Origin: Octopus vulgaris
Lineage: Eukaryota
Length of the DNA: 64,000 bases
Direction of reading: 5' to 3'
Assembly (NCBI GenBank): GCA_951406725.2
Contig: OX597828.1
Coordinates: 72,602,001 to 72,666,000 of the forward strand
Shown: piece after piece, positions 1 to 13,091 of the stretch
Layout of the letters: every line of letters starts with the position of its first letter
Position numbering within the stretch: position 1 is the stretch's first letter
The notes under the pieces: model-generated
Databases searched by the model: none
What the model saw: only the letters and a program-made list of their open reading frames with translations
What the model was told of the DNA's origin: nothing
Made by a program: the position numbers and the translations under genes

Positions 1-53
<53 letters not shown>

Positions 54-168
54 TGTGTGTGTGTATTAGTGTAAGTAAAGATAGATGCTAGGCTCATCGA
101 CGATAACATAAGAGTGAAGAGAAAAAGAGAGAGGAAGAGGGAGGAAGGAAGAAAGAAGGGAGTTAAAG

Positions 169-229
<61 letters not shown>

Positions 230-536
230 TGAGTGAGTGAGTGTGTGATATTAACGGCAACGGGTGGAGTAAAGGATAATGGAGGGCCGAAAGTAAAAAC
301 GTAATCTGAAAATGGTTGCTCAGCGGAGAAGAGTGAGTTGGATTGTCGAAGTAGAAAATTAGAGACCGAAAAGCTGGAACGTCGGGCATGCGCACCAAGA
401 ACAGTGATATCCGTCGGAGTGGTCTGTATATCAGCGTTTGCACGAGTATGGAGTCTGTTTATGTATGTGTATGGAGCAGAAGGGGGAGGTGTGCATTGAA
501 GGAAATTTTGCACAGGAATGTTATATCACAGGAATG

Positions 537-572
<36 letters not shown>

Positions 573-576
<4 letters not shown>

Positions 577-895
577 GTAAAGACCCCCTTCGGTCATGAA
601 TGACCATGGGATTGCACCTAGAAAGTTACCTTCCTAGATACAAGTCCGGGCAAGGTTGTTTATGGAAGGCCAGCAGTCGCCCATGCATACCAGCCTCCCC
701 TCTCCACGCCACCAGTGTTATCCAAGGGAAAGACAAAGTGACGTCGCAACTCATTTCTACAGCTGAGTGAACTGGAGCAACGTGAAATAAAGTGCCTTGC
801 TCGAGAACACAGCACGCAGCCCGGTCCGGGATTCGAGCTCACAACCTCACGATCGTAAGCTCGACGCTCTAACCACTGAGCCATGCGCCTTCACA
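573..895 (-). mobile_element. tRNA-derived SINE (family D)
   Basis: Minus strand reads GGCGCATGGCTCAGTGGTTAGAGCG...GAGCTCGAATCCC (Pol III A/B boxes), then a SINE body; flanked by (TA)n. Confidence 0.8.
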
Positions 896-898
896 CAC

Positions 899-999
<101 letters not shown>

Positions 1000-1847
1000 T
1001 ATATATTTTCGAAACAAAATGAAAAAAATACAAACTAAATACTTTTATTGTCGATGTTAAGATTTATGATACTTATATATACATACATACACACACACAC
1101 ATATATATATATATATGTATATGCATACATATATGTATATACATATATATATACACATACATATATTCATACATACATGCATATATATATATATATATAT
1201 ATACGGGTATATATATACATACATCATACATACGTACATATATATGTACACATGCAACTCGGCATGAAATATTGTTGTGATTGTTTTTGTTGAGGATGAT
1301 GATGATGAAGATGATGATGATGACGATGATGATGATAACGACGTCAAGACTGATGATTAATGATAATGGATAGTGATCGATGATTTACAGTGACCAACGA
1401 TAGGTAATGATTGATGATGAGTAATAAATAAAAAAAACGTAATATTAACAGATCAGCAAAAAAAATATTTTTAAAATGGTGGAGAAGATGATGGATTGAG
1501 AAATAAAATGGAATTTTATTGGTTAATGAAATATGTTAACATCAGGAGGAAACGCCATTCGTCGTACTGCGACCCTTGCTAGTGTTGCTCCATCTACCCC
1601 CCCCCTTCTTCCAGCGCTAGGCCTCACATCTTCCTTCTTCCCTCCACCTTCCCTTCCTTCGTCATTCTCCCTTCTTCATCTCTCCCATTCCTCTTCCTTC
1701 TCCTCTCCCCCCCTCCCCTCTTCCACATTCTCTCCTTCTCCTTCTTCTCTATCTCTTCCTTCCCCTTCTCCTTCTCCTCTCTTCCCCCATCATCCGCTTG
1801 CCCGCTCCTCCCTCCTCTCCTCCTCCTCCTCTTCCCGTCCTCCCCAT

Positions 1848-1920
<73 letters not shown>

Positions 1921-2664
1921 CACTACTACTACTATATATGTGTGTGTGTGAGCATGCAGGTGCGTGTGTGTTAGCGTTTGACAACCGGTGATGATTTGTT
2001 TACGTTCTCGAAACTCACTGCTTCGGCAAAAAAACCTCCTCCTTCTCTATAAATATGTTACCTGACAAGAAAATAAAAAACTCCAGTAATAAGATCTGTT
2101 TCGCCTAAACTCACAAAGCGGTGCTCCAGCATGGCCGCAGCAGTCCAACGACCAAAAAACAAGCAAAGGAGTCGATTGATTGACTAAAAGCGAATGAATG
2201 GTAAATCAGAATATTTCATAGAATTTCTCTGAAAAGGCGAGCGTGACAAACATCCACGCAATATTATTGTAGGTATAGATGAGAATGGAAATCAATCATA
2301 TTTATGAATTATCAATTAAATTAGTTCGTTCTTCGTTCGATCGGACTAAATATTAGCTTTGTTTATTAACCGGAAATGTACAGACACGCATATTATACAC
2401 GGTGGCACTCTTTTAAATATGTCGTCCTCTCATTCTGTTCTTAATTGCATCGTGCATAACTTTTCGCAACGTCAATTATTTTCATTTGTTGAGGAATTCA
2501 CAGTGGTTTCGGTTCTGTAAATAGAAATCTAGGTTAGGAGATTTGGAAGATGGTCGTTTCGCGCACTTCTTCATTGAATTCACAGTCACGTGATTTTTGA
2601 ATACGCTCGTGCCTTTACTAATTGCATCCTCCCGTTATAAACCAATGGTAAAAGGACAAACTAA

Positions 2665-2692
2665 TGATAATAATAATTATTATTATTATTTT

Positions 2693-2727
<35 letters not shown>

Positions 2728-3020
2728 ACAGTAGTAGTAGTAATAGTAGTAGTAATAGTAGTAGTAGTAGTAGTAGTAGTAGTAACAGTAGTAGAAGTAG
2801 TAGTAGTAGTAGTAATAGTTGTAGTAGTAGTAGTAGTAGTAGTAATTGTAGTAGTAGTAGTAGTAGTAATAGTTGTAGTAGTAGTAGTAGTAATAGTTGT
2901 AGTAGTAGTAGTAGTAATAGTAGTAGTAGTAATGGTAGTAGTAGTAATAGTAGTAGTAGTAATAGTAGTAGTAGTAGTAATAGTGGTAGTAGTTGTTGTA
3001 GTAGTAGTTGTAGCAACAGC
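2665..3020. repeat. (TAG)n/(TAA)n trinucleotide microsatellite
   Basis: Seen directly; source of spurious poly-L/poly-S/poly-V ORFs. Confidence 0.95.
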
Positions 3021-3221
3021 AGTAGCCGCAGTAGTGTATCTACATATCAGTGTGTGTATGAGTGTCGTGTGTGTGTTCTTCTGTGTGCGTGTGTGTGCGC
3101 GCGTTTATGTACATATTTGTGTGTGTGTGTGTGTACGTGCGTGCGTGTGTGTACCTGTGTGTGTATGTCTGAATGTGCGTGTGTGTGAGAGGGTTTGTAT
3201 GTGTTTGTATGCCTTTGCATC

Positions 3222-3639
3222 AGACATACAAGAATGGCAAATTGGAATGCTTCTCTGAAGATTGAAAAATATGATGAAAGCGCTTTAATCGGTTTTGACT
3301 CTTGTGGGAGGAGGTCTCATCAGAGATGTCTTCGTCAGTTGACCAATCCCAGAGATATAAGTACCCTACCTGTCTGTACGCACAACTAATCCTGTAGTTT
3401 CACAGAAATGGAAACAGCTTGCCAGTTCTGGAAGAGTCAGTTAAAAAAATCCGCATACTGGATGACGACAATTGGTTTCAGGGACAACCAGGAGAGAATG
3501 TGCACCGTTTGAAATTTCATCACTTGTACTGAGATTGTACTACAGATTGGTTTTAGAAGCCGAACCTTTTAGTATTGAAGCACCCAGTTTCACGGTACAG
3601 ATTGTTCAAAAGATTAAAATAGGAAAACAATATACAAGG

Positions 3640-3640
<1 letters not shown>
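3222..3640. mobile_element. Possible decayed PLE fragment (GIY-YIG C-terminus-like on +, degenerate hammerhead on -)
   Basis: Plus frame RLVLEA..APSFTVQ resembles PLE C-termini; minus strand 3281-3330 reads CTGATGA GACCTC..GAGTC AAAACCGATT. Confidence 0.35.
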
Positions 3641-3691
<51 letters not shown>

Positions 3692-3788
3692 CGGGAAGCT
3701 TTATGAAAATAAACAAAAGACGAAGGCAGGTGGAAAACAAACGAACAATTGTATTAGTATGGCGCTCAGGAAATATAAATAAAACAAG

Positions 3789-3826
3789 TCTTTAACGTTT
3801 CGAGCCTACGCTCTTCAACAGAAAGA
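3789..3826 (-). ncRNA. Minimal type-I hammerhead ribozyme, variant core CUGUUGA
   Basis: TCTTT CTGTTGA A GAGC-GTAG-GCTC GAA ACGT T AAAGA: stems I and II pair, stem III is the palindrome ACGT. Confidence 0.65.
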
Positions 3827-4009
3827 TACACAGAGAGAGAAAAACACAGAAAGAAGGAGAGAAAAAAAATGCGTGCAGTAGCTAACGAATCAACATGGCG
3901 ATCTGATTTCGGCCAGAGGTCAAAGATCAAACATGAGACGCGAGAGCGAAATAAGGGGAGATAATAGGGTTGATAAAAGGGTTGAGGGACCAGCTAAAAG
4001 TGCGTGGGA

Positions 4010-4330
4010 GGGGTCTGGATGTGTGTATGTATAGGGTTGGTGTATGTATTAGTATGTATAAGGGTGTGTGTGTGTGTGTGTGTGTGTGTATGAGAGAGTA
4101 TTAGTGCGTAAGATTGGTCTGGACGTGCGTATGTATGGGGTTGGTGTATGTATTAGTATGTATTAGTATGTATTAGTACGTATTGGTATGTATAGGTATG
4201 TGTGTGTGTTTGTGTGAGAGAGTATAAGTGCGTATGCGGCGTCTGGACGTGTGTATGTATAGGGTTGGTGTAAGTATTAGTATGTACTAGTATGTATTAG
4301 TACGTATTAGTATGTATTAGTTGGTGTGTG
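4010..4330. repeat. About 3 diverged tandem units (~105-120 bp) in the PLE 3' UTR
   Basis: Recurring GTCTGGA(T/C)GTG..TATGTAT.GGGTTGGTGTA at ~4013, ~4118 and ~4241. Confidence 0.75.
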
Positions 4331-4656
4331 TATTAGTATGGCACATCATATGTGATGTGATGTGTAAAGTCATGTGGTGTAGTGAGGAGAAGAGGGGGGG
4401 GGGGAGAAGGGGGAGAAGGGGAGGGGAAGAAGAGGGGGAGGAGAAGGGGAAGAGGAGAGGATGGGGGAGAAGGAAGGGGAGGAGGGGGATGAAGGAGGAA
4501 AGAGGGAGAGGGGGAGAGAGGGAGTGAGGGAGCAGAGAGAAGGGGAAGAGGGAGGGAGAAAGAGGGAAGAAGGGAAGGGGAGTAGGGGTGAAAGGATGAA
4601 GGACTGAAGAAGTAGGGGTCGGGGGAGAAAGGATAGGTGAGGAGGGGGAGAGGGGG

Positions 4657-6270
4657 TTAGATGAGGAGGGGGGCAGAGTTGAGACCAAATGGCGTATAAG
4701 AGCGAAGAGAGAAGATTAATTCCTGTTCACGGCGCAAACGGGAATCCGGATGGCCTCTGTGTAAGGACAAACCGAACACAGATAGGTGTTGCAAGGAGTG
4801 ACCGGTGGAGCGGAAATGGCGTGAGACCGGTGTGTCGTTCGCAAGGTGGATGTCACGAAGGTGTTCCGCGAACCGGTCAGCCAAGCGGCGTCCCGTTTGT
4901 CCGATGTACAAGGAATTGCAGAGAGAGCAAGAGATGCAATAGATAATATTGCTGGAGGTGCAGGTGAAGGAGTGGATGATGGGATAGGGTCGATGGTGGG
5001 TGCTAGTGAGGCGGGTGGTGTTGGAGAGGTAAGGGCAAGTGCGGCAACGTGGGCGGGAGCAGGGGAACGAGCCGGGTTGGGAGGTAGGGTCAGGGAAGGA
5101 GCTATGGACCAAAAGGTCTCGAAGGTTGTGGGCTCGTTTGAAAGAGGGGAGGGGTCGGTTAGGGAAGAGGTGTGAAGTGGACGGGTCGGACTGGAGATGA
5201 CGGAAAGCTCGAAGAATGGTGCGTTGGAGACGTAGGGTCGTGGGGTGGTAAGTGAGGGGAAAAGGGAGGCGGGAGACTACAGGGCGGGTTCGGGGTGAGA
5301 GAGCAGATACACGGTCCACGGACCGTGCTCTGGCAAGGGCGGTGTGGATAGTGGTGAGGGGGTATCCACGTAGGGTGAAGTGGTGAGCCATACGTTGAGA
5401 CTGAGTCTCAAAGTCATGGTCGTCACTACAGAGCCTACGTAGACGGAGGAATTGGGAATAGGGGATGGAAAGTTTGGTGTGTTCTGGGTGGGAGGAAGAG
5501 AAGTTGAGGTATGAGTGTGAGTCTGTGTGTTTGTAGTGAATGGAGGTGGTAAGAGTGGAGTGAAGAATGCTAACCGAAATGTCGAGGAAGGAGACAGAGG
5601 TGTTGGAGATAGTGGAAGTGAAGTGGAGGGCTGGATGGAAAGATTGGACGAAAGAGAGGAAGGAATCTAGATGTTCGCGGGAGAGTGAGGTGGCACCGAT
5701 AATGTCGTCAATATAACGACCATATAGTTCAGGAGTGGGACCAGTGAAATTAGAGAATATTTGGGCCTCAACATAGCCAACGAACAGGTTCGCATAGTTG
5801 GGGCCCATTCGCGTTCCCATGGCCACTCCCGAGACCTGATGGTAGAACTCGCCCGCGAACGAGAAGCAGTTCAGAGTAAGGACAAGTTCGGCCAGACGAA
5901 TGAGTGTGGAGGTGTCAGGTACAGGGTTAGAGCGGAGGTCAAGAAAGTGTCGAAGGGCCTGCAGTCCTTCGTGGTGAGGGATAACAGTATAGAGGCTTTG
6001 GATGTCCATAGTAAAAAGGATTTTGGAGGAGCCGGGAGGAAAGGAGAAAGAGTTGAAAAGCCGGAGAGCATGGTTGGTATCGTGGATGTGGGAGGGAAGA
6101 GATGCCACTAGGGGGCAAGGACACGGTCGAGGTATTTAGAGATGAGCTCCGTGGGGCAGTTACAGGCGGAGACGATGGGGCGGCCAGGGTTGTTGGGTTT
6201 GTGGATTTTGGGGAGGAAGTAAATGGTGGGGGTACGTGGGGTTCGCACAATTAGGTTGGATGCGGTAGGG
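4657..6270 (-). pseudogene. PLE reverse transcriptase + Cys linker + GIY-YIG endonuclease (one frameshift near 6110)
   Basis: [15 protein letters not shown] upstream of the frameshift; MDIQSLYT, GVAMGT, RYIDD, CSRPRCRTC linker and IIYCISC..LYIGQT in ORF 4657..6108. Confidence 0.93.
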
Positions 6271-6873
6271 TGAAATCAATTAATTTGGAGTAATCATTAA
6301 TTTCACCAAGTAGATTTCAGCATGTAAAAGCCCCATTCGAGGAAGGTTTAAGTAATACTAAGTAATTAAGGGTTTAGCAACCCTATATTATTATTGATAA
6401 CCATATTTCATCCCAGTAAATAACCGTAACATCTTATTCTGGCAGCACGCTGGTGGGAGGAGGATGGTGACACATACTGTCATTCACACTTTGAATTTGG
6501 TGGTACTGGTCACGGCTTACGCTCGCTCTGATACCATGAGTTGAGGTGATGTCTTCTAGTGCCTCCAAATTTAATACACAATTATTCATAATTGTAGAGT
6601 CCTACGCTGAGGAGAAAAGTAGTCGGGTAAGACATAATTATTTAATTTTTATGCTTTCCTATGACTTAATTTCGAAACGTACGTTCGTAGGTGACTTAAT
6701 ATAGAATGACTGTTGTCATTTCTTTCTCTTTTAACTGCGTTGTTTGCCTTTTAAGTGCTGTGGTTTTACTGAGATCTCTCTTTTAAGTAGAAAGAATAGC
6801 CATAACTCTTTGACTGCTATTTCTAAATTCGGTGTGTGGTGAGGCAAATCGTTGCTAAACCCTTAATTACTTA

Positions 6874-6877
<4 letters not shown>
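6271..6877 (+). mobile_element. Non-coding PLE pLTR-like segment with a hammerhead and a 27-bp inverted repeat
   Basis: Inverted repeat 6355-6381 / 6851-6877; hammerhead at 6601-6691; ends at (TA)n. Confidence 0.7.
6601..6691 (+). ncRNA. Type-I hammerhead ribozyme with extended stem II
   Basis: CCTACG CTGAGGA GAAA...TTTC GAA ACGTACGT T CGTAGG: 6-bp stem I, palindromic stem III, GUU cleavage triplet. Confidence 0.85.
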
Positions 6878-6921
<44 letters not shown>

Positions 6922-6999
6922 AGTTCAGCATAATTTAGATTCAGATGAATATGGTACTTAAGTCAAATGCACCAGAATTTTGTATGGTATTATCCATAA

Positions 7000-7044
<45 letters not shown>

Positions 7045-7049
7045 CACAC

Positions 7050-7093
<44 letters not shown>

Positions 7094-7117
7094 GTAATAT
7101 TTATATACACATATATA

Positions 7118-7790
7118 CTGGGTGATTGAAAAGTAAGTAGGCGTTGAAAATATGGTAATAAAATCCATATTCCTTTCAAAAATTTATTGAAACAAATGAT
7201 GCATGTTCTTTATGACATGGGAAAATGAAAGTAAATCTTCATATTTCAAGGTAAGAACCGGTGACATCAACCAGTTTCGTAAAACGGTCAGGGATGGAAT
7301 GAACAGGTTTCTGAAGGACGTCGTCTGGGATATCATTAAGGACCTCCTGGATCCGTGCCTACATGTCCTCCCATTTGCGAGGTTTTGTCTTCTACACCTC
7401 CTCTTTTGTGTAACCCCACAGGTAAAAATCACATGAAGTGAGATCTGGACTTCTTGGAGGCCATTCATGAGGTCCGCGTCGTCCCATCGCGTTGTATCCC
7501 TTACACGTAATGGGGTTTCCACGGACAAAAATTCAATTCTTCACGCAACACCGTACGTATCTTCTATCTTGTTAGTCCACTTTCACGAGCTGCTTGACGT
7601 ACTGGTTTTTGCGGGCTGCGGTTAGACATTTCCTGCACTGTTGCCACGTACCCCGCTAATGGAGATGTGGTTGGACGGCTACTTCTTGTATCGTTTACAG
7701 AGCCCGTGGTCACCAGCTTTGCATGGCAACTTTTAATTATTACCGGACGTAGTGTTGTATGCTTACCTTTCCATGCACGCCACCATCTCT
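7118..7790 (-). mobile_element. Tc1/mariner (maT-like) remnant with one TIR
   Basis: Highly similar to 46106-46981; (P)PRSPDL-like motif; TIR-like CTGGGTGATTGAAAAGTAAGTAGGC after TA. Confidence 0.8.
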
Positions 7791-8270
7791 TCCTCATGAC
7801 AACATTTGCCTTGCAGGTAAAACTTGCATTTCCTTCTCGTCTTTACTCCAATTTTTTCTCTCCACAAGAGTTGGGGATTCCATTGGAGCCCCAATAATTG
7901 TTTTTGTTTTGTTTCATGGTTTTGGGTTTCGCTTTTAGTTTCAGTTGTATATTAGTTCCTTCTTTTCTTGTTCCTTCATCTCTCTTTTCTTTTTTACGCT
8001 TTTGCTCGTGGACTTTCCTTCCTTTACTAGTCGTAGTCCTTACATCATCTTGGTTGTTCACAAGGGTGGGGCTTCCTTCTTTTGTGGGATCACTGGATCA
8101 GAGGGACTTCTGTTTGTGGCTTCATCTTCCCTATCCTCATCAGCCTTACCATAGTTGTTTCCCATGATGACATCAAGTTTTCCAATACGTGGTCTAATAA
8201 GGGCGAAAGATCGGAGGAATTCGTTTTCCTTCCGTTCTGTTTGCTTAGTAGTTCTACAGAAGCCATTGTT
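7791..8270 (-). pseudogene. Disrupted ORF fragment ending in a partial CCCH zinc finger (LINE ORF1-like or host retrocopy)
   Basis: Reads MASVELLSK..., then a K/E-rich stretch, then RKCKFYLQGKC at ~7802-7834. Confidence 0.4.
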
Positions 8271-8831
8271 CTTCAGTGCAGCAGAGGTAGAGAAAGAGAG
8301 AGGAAAATGGAGAGAGAGAGAGGAAGAGAGGGAGGGAGAGGGTAAGAGGAAAATAGAAAGAGAGAGAGGGAGAGGGAAAGAGAGAGGGAGAGCGAGGAGA
8401 GAGATAGAGGAGAGGGAGATATGAGAGAAAGAGAACAGGAGGTATGGAACGACAGGGAGACAGAGGGAAGGAGAGAGACAGGGTGAGGGAGGAGTTATGG
8501 AAGAAAGAGGAGGAAATGGGATAAAATCGATAGGATGACAGAGGAAGGGAGAGAGTGACAGGGTGAGGGAGAGAGAGGAAGGAAATAGGAAGATTGAAAC
8601 AGAGAGAAAAAGAGCAGATAAGGAGGATATGAAGAGGAAGGGGAGGGTAAAAAGGGAAACATGAAAGAGTGAGAGTAAGAACATGACTCTTACTCTCACT
8701 CTTTCATATGACATGACGATATGAGGGAAAGAGAAGGATATGAAGGAAAGAGAAAAACAGAGGGTATGGAAGGAAAAAAGTCGCTGCAAGTGAGTGAGAA
8801 GTTATATATAGATGCATATATGTCTGTGCCT

Positions 8832-8976
8832 GTATGTATGTATGTATGTATGTATGTATGTATGTATGTATGTATGTATGTATGTATATATGTATGTATG
8901 TATGTATGTATTTATGTATGTATGTATTTATGTATGTATGTATGTATGTATGTATGTATTTATGTATATATGTATG

Positions 8977-9008
<32 letters not shown>

Positions 9009-9044
9009 TGTATGTATGTATGTATATATGTATGTATATGTATG

Positions 9045-9078
<34 letters not shown>

Positions 9079-9112
9079 TGTATGTATGTATGTATGTATG
9101 TATATATGTATG

Positions 9113-9144
<32 letters not shown>

Positions 9145-9310
9145 TGTATGTATGTATTTATGTATGTATGTATTTATGTATGTATGTATGTATGTATGTA
9201 TGTATTTATGTATATATGTATGTATATGTATGTATGTATGTATGTATGTTTGTATGTATGTATGTATGTATGTATGTATGTATGTATGTATGTATGTGTG
9301 TGTATGTATG
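8832..9310. repeat. (TATG)n microsatellite
   Basis: Seen directly. Confidence 0.95.
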
Positions 9311-9987
9311 ACTATGTAGGCGTGGGCATGGCTCTGTTGTGTGGTAAAAAAGCTCGATCTGAATCCACGAAGGATCGAGTTCAGTTGAATTCCGTTGCAC
9401 CTTGAATGTATCTGCACTTCAGATTCGAGTCGATTAATTTTGATGTTTTGACCAGAAATGATTGATTTGTATTCAGATGGGTTTTGTGACACACTTTTAA
9501 AAAATTGGTTTGTTTGCTTTAAAAAAATAAAGCTGACAATTAAATTTTTGACAAAATTAATGTTAATTTTACTTAATTAAATATTCTTCTTTTTCAATGA
9601 AACAAAATTCCTAACAAAAAAAAAAAAACAAAAAAAACAACGATTAACAAATTATAATGAAAACGGAATAACTTTTAATTACGGCTGAATTTAATTCCCG
9701 CTGATCATCTCGATACGGCAGTGAGAAGGCATTTTCTTAATGATCAATAAACCAATGAAAAGAATATGATAATTATCATCAACTGGATGGCGTCTTAATT
9801 AAAAATGAGATTTAGAAAAGACTACAAAAAACAAAACTACTCGGAAGTACAGAAATTCAAAACTAAAGCTTCCGGTTCCGTTTAGCGATTTCCTGTCAAT
9901 GAACTCGCTTATTATTTTAGTACTTTAAAAGGTGTAACAAAGGTGTTAACGCACACGGCTCAGAAATTCAGAAAATAATGGCGTCTA

Positions 9988-10450
<463 letters not shown>

Positions 10451-10799
10451 AAAAATATATTTCGAACACCTACCAGACGTTTTTGCTGATTTTTAATTAA
10501 TGAAGTTGAGTAAGAGACGAAAACGAAACATCATGACTCTTTTTAGGGCCTCCATGGCTGGTAAAAAGGCTAAAGGGTCGAGAAGAAAGGAGGTTGTTTT
10601 TGCGCCGGAGATATTTTCCGAATGGTTTTCCAGTAGAATGGGTTTCACTAAAAGCGGTAAAGTGGTTCTATTAAACCAAAGAATTGATTAAATTCTCCAC
10701 TCAAGAACCGGGATGGTGGTTCTTCCGTCTGACTTTCAGTTTACCAAATTTCACTGACAAGGGTTTGGTTTATCCAATGAAAATATAGAATATACATAT

Positions 10800-11339
10800 T
10801 TTACATGTTTCAGTCATTCGGCTGCGGCTATGTTGAAAAATTGCGTTGAAGAATTGTGTTTTCGAATGTGCTTATTTAAAAAAAAATCTTGGTGTTTATT
10901 CTATAGGGGTCTTTTGCTGAACCACTAAGTTACAGGAACATAAACACCCCACCCCTAGTTGTCAAGCGGTTGTGGGGGACAGACACAGATACAAAGAGTC
11001 ACACATACATGTTTATATACATACCAAATCGTTGCAGATGTACATGCATTTTTGTCTATAAAAGCAACACTATAAAATTATAGTGTTTAAATCTGCAGGA
11101 AGACACGTGGGGGTACGCTGGTGTTGGGTAGCATACTTGTCGCTGAAAAGTAGAGCTGTGTGTTCGAGTTCCACGTGTATGGAAAACCTTACATTTTTTT
11201 CCGTCACGGGCTTATATGCCCCAATAGTAGATTATTTTCCTTAGTCAGTGCACAATGATTGCTTATAAGCTTTAAGCTAATAAAATATAATCATTTTACA
11301 GAATTGTAAAATCGACACTGTTTACCAAATCATCGCATA

Positions 11340-11384
<45 letters not shown>

Positions 11385-11500
11385 CATACATATATATATA
11401 CATACATACATACATATATATATACATACATACATACATATATATATATATACACATACAACATACATATATATATATACACATACATACATACATATAT

Positions 11501-11544
<44 letters not shown>

Positions 11545-11679
11545 CGACTTCTTTCTGTTTCCATCTATCGATTCCACTCATAAGGCTTTAGTCGGCCCGA
11601 AGTTATAGTAGACATTTGCCCAAAGTGCCACGCAGTGGGACTGAACCCGGAACCATGTGTTTGGGTGACAAATGTCTTA

Positions 11680-11680
<1 letters not shown>
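10800..11680 (-). mobile_element. SINE family A, interrupted by an insertion at ~11022-11340
   Basis: 3' half at 10800-11000 and 5' half at 11540-11680. Confidence 0.7.
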
Positions 11681-11729
<49 letters not shown>

Positions 11730-12609
11730 ACACACACACACACACAGAGCCACATCTGTGTCCATGGTAAAAATTCTGCTCTGTAAGATTGAACACAGAG
11801 CCATGTTATTAGCGCTAAGAGTACCTTAACCAGACAGCCATGCCTGCGGCCAAATTCTAGATTATAGTGTTCAATCGTTAATCTTATTTTTCTTTCTGTT
11901 GCTACTTCCCCCACTGCTGCTACCACATCTAACTAAGGTTTCTGCTATAAAAAAAGCCGAAACGAAATTTATTAATTTATAGTTTTTCTTTTTGTTTTCC
12001 CGAAAACAAGAGAAACGTTAATTGGTTGTTACAGACGATGAAAGGAAAGTGACGTAGATTAGTGTTTAAATCAATTATTGGAAGACGCTGGAAGGTCAAG
12101 ATTTCTGGAAATAAAACTTAAATCGGGTTAATTATAAATTTTAAGTTCACTGGGTGAAATATCTATAGTGACACGTATGTTTTTAGTTACTCACATGCAA
12201 ATTAAATAAAGAATTTGCCAAAAGAAAATGAAAAAAATATCTCTTTAAAATTATCGTCATGGTGGTTGTAAACTCTTAAGATTTGGAATATATTTCTATG
12301 AAACACATACTTTGAAGAATGGAGTAAAAGTTTGAACGAATTTCAGTTGTGTATCTCATTTTATTATTTGCTAAAATTGTCAGAATGTCTGGAAAAATAC
12401 TTTGCGACATTCGCTTCGGTCCATTATCTTCTGATTTCAAATCGGGCAGTGGTCAACTTTGCTTTCCATCTTTTCGAGGTCGATAAAATAAAGTACCAGT
12501 CAAGTACAAGCTCTGGGGCCGATGACATCAACTAACTCCATTAAGACAAAATTGCTGGCCCTGTAACAAAATTATAACGCAATTATTATTATTATTATTA
12601 TTATTATTG

Positions 12610-12674
<65 letters not shown>

Positions 12675-13022
12675 GCTTTTGCACAGCTTCTAACGATGGA
12701 GACGTACTACGGTGTCTGCTGTTCACTACCAGTGAACTAAGGTAACACCCCTTATTTTTCGAGCACCTTCCGGAGTATTTGTGAGGTTCCAAACAGTGTT
12801 GTTTTCTGCAAGTGCTCCACTCTCATTGCAGCCCCTATTTGTTCCACTTACTTCTCAAAGCTTTTACTCACTGTTCCCAGGGCTCCGACAAATACTGGTA
12901 CTACTACCACCTTTTTCACCGATCACAACTGCTTAACTTCCCAAGCTAACCTGTCATATCTCTCGACTTTTCTTTCTTCCTTACGCACACCTTGTCAGCT
13001 GGGCATGCTATATCTATGATCC

Positions 13023-13023
<1 letters not shown>
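12675..13023 (-). mobile_element. 3' end of an RLE-type non-LTR retrotransposon (R4/Dong-like) in (TAA)n
   Basis: Translates to IIDIACPAD..KEERKVERYDRL..VVPVFVGALGTV..LQKTTLFGTSQILRKVL. Confidence 0.85.

Positions 13024-13090
<67 letters not shown>

Positions 13091-13091
<1 letters not shown>

Larger units (their letters stand above)
3691..6270 (-). mobile_element. Penelope-like retroelement, Neptune-like, 5'-truncated, 3' end at (TA)n
   Basis: RT-GIY-YIG ORF, C-rich 3' UTR with internal tandem repeats, hammerhead near the 3' end, abuts (TA)n at 3641-3690. Confidence 0.9.

Noticed and set aside
4689-6111. Plus-strand ORFs overlapping the PLE
   Set aside because: Antisense shadows of the GC-rich RT ORF
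8115-8150. Minus-strand CTGATGAG as a hammerhead core
   Set aside because: No stem II, GAAA or stem III follows
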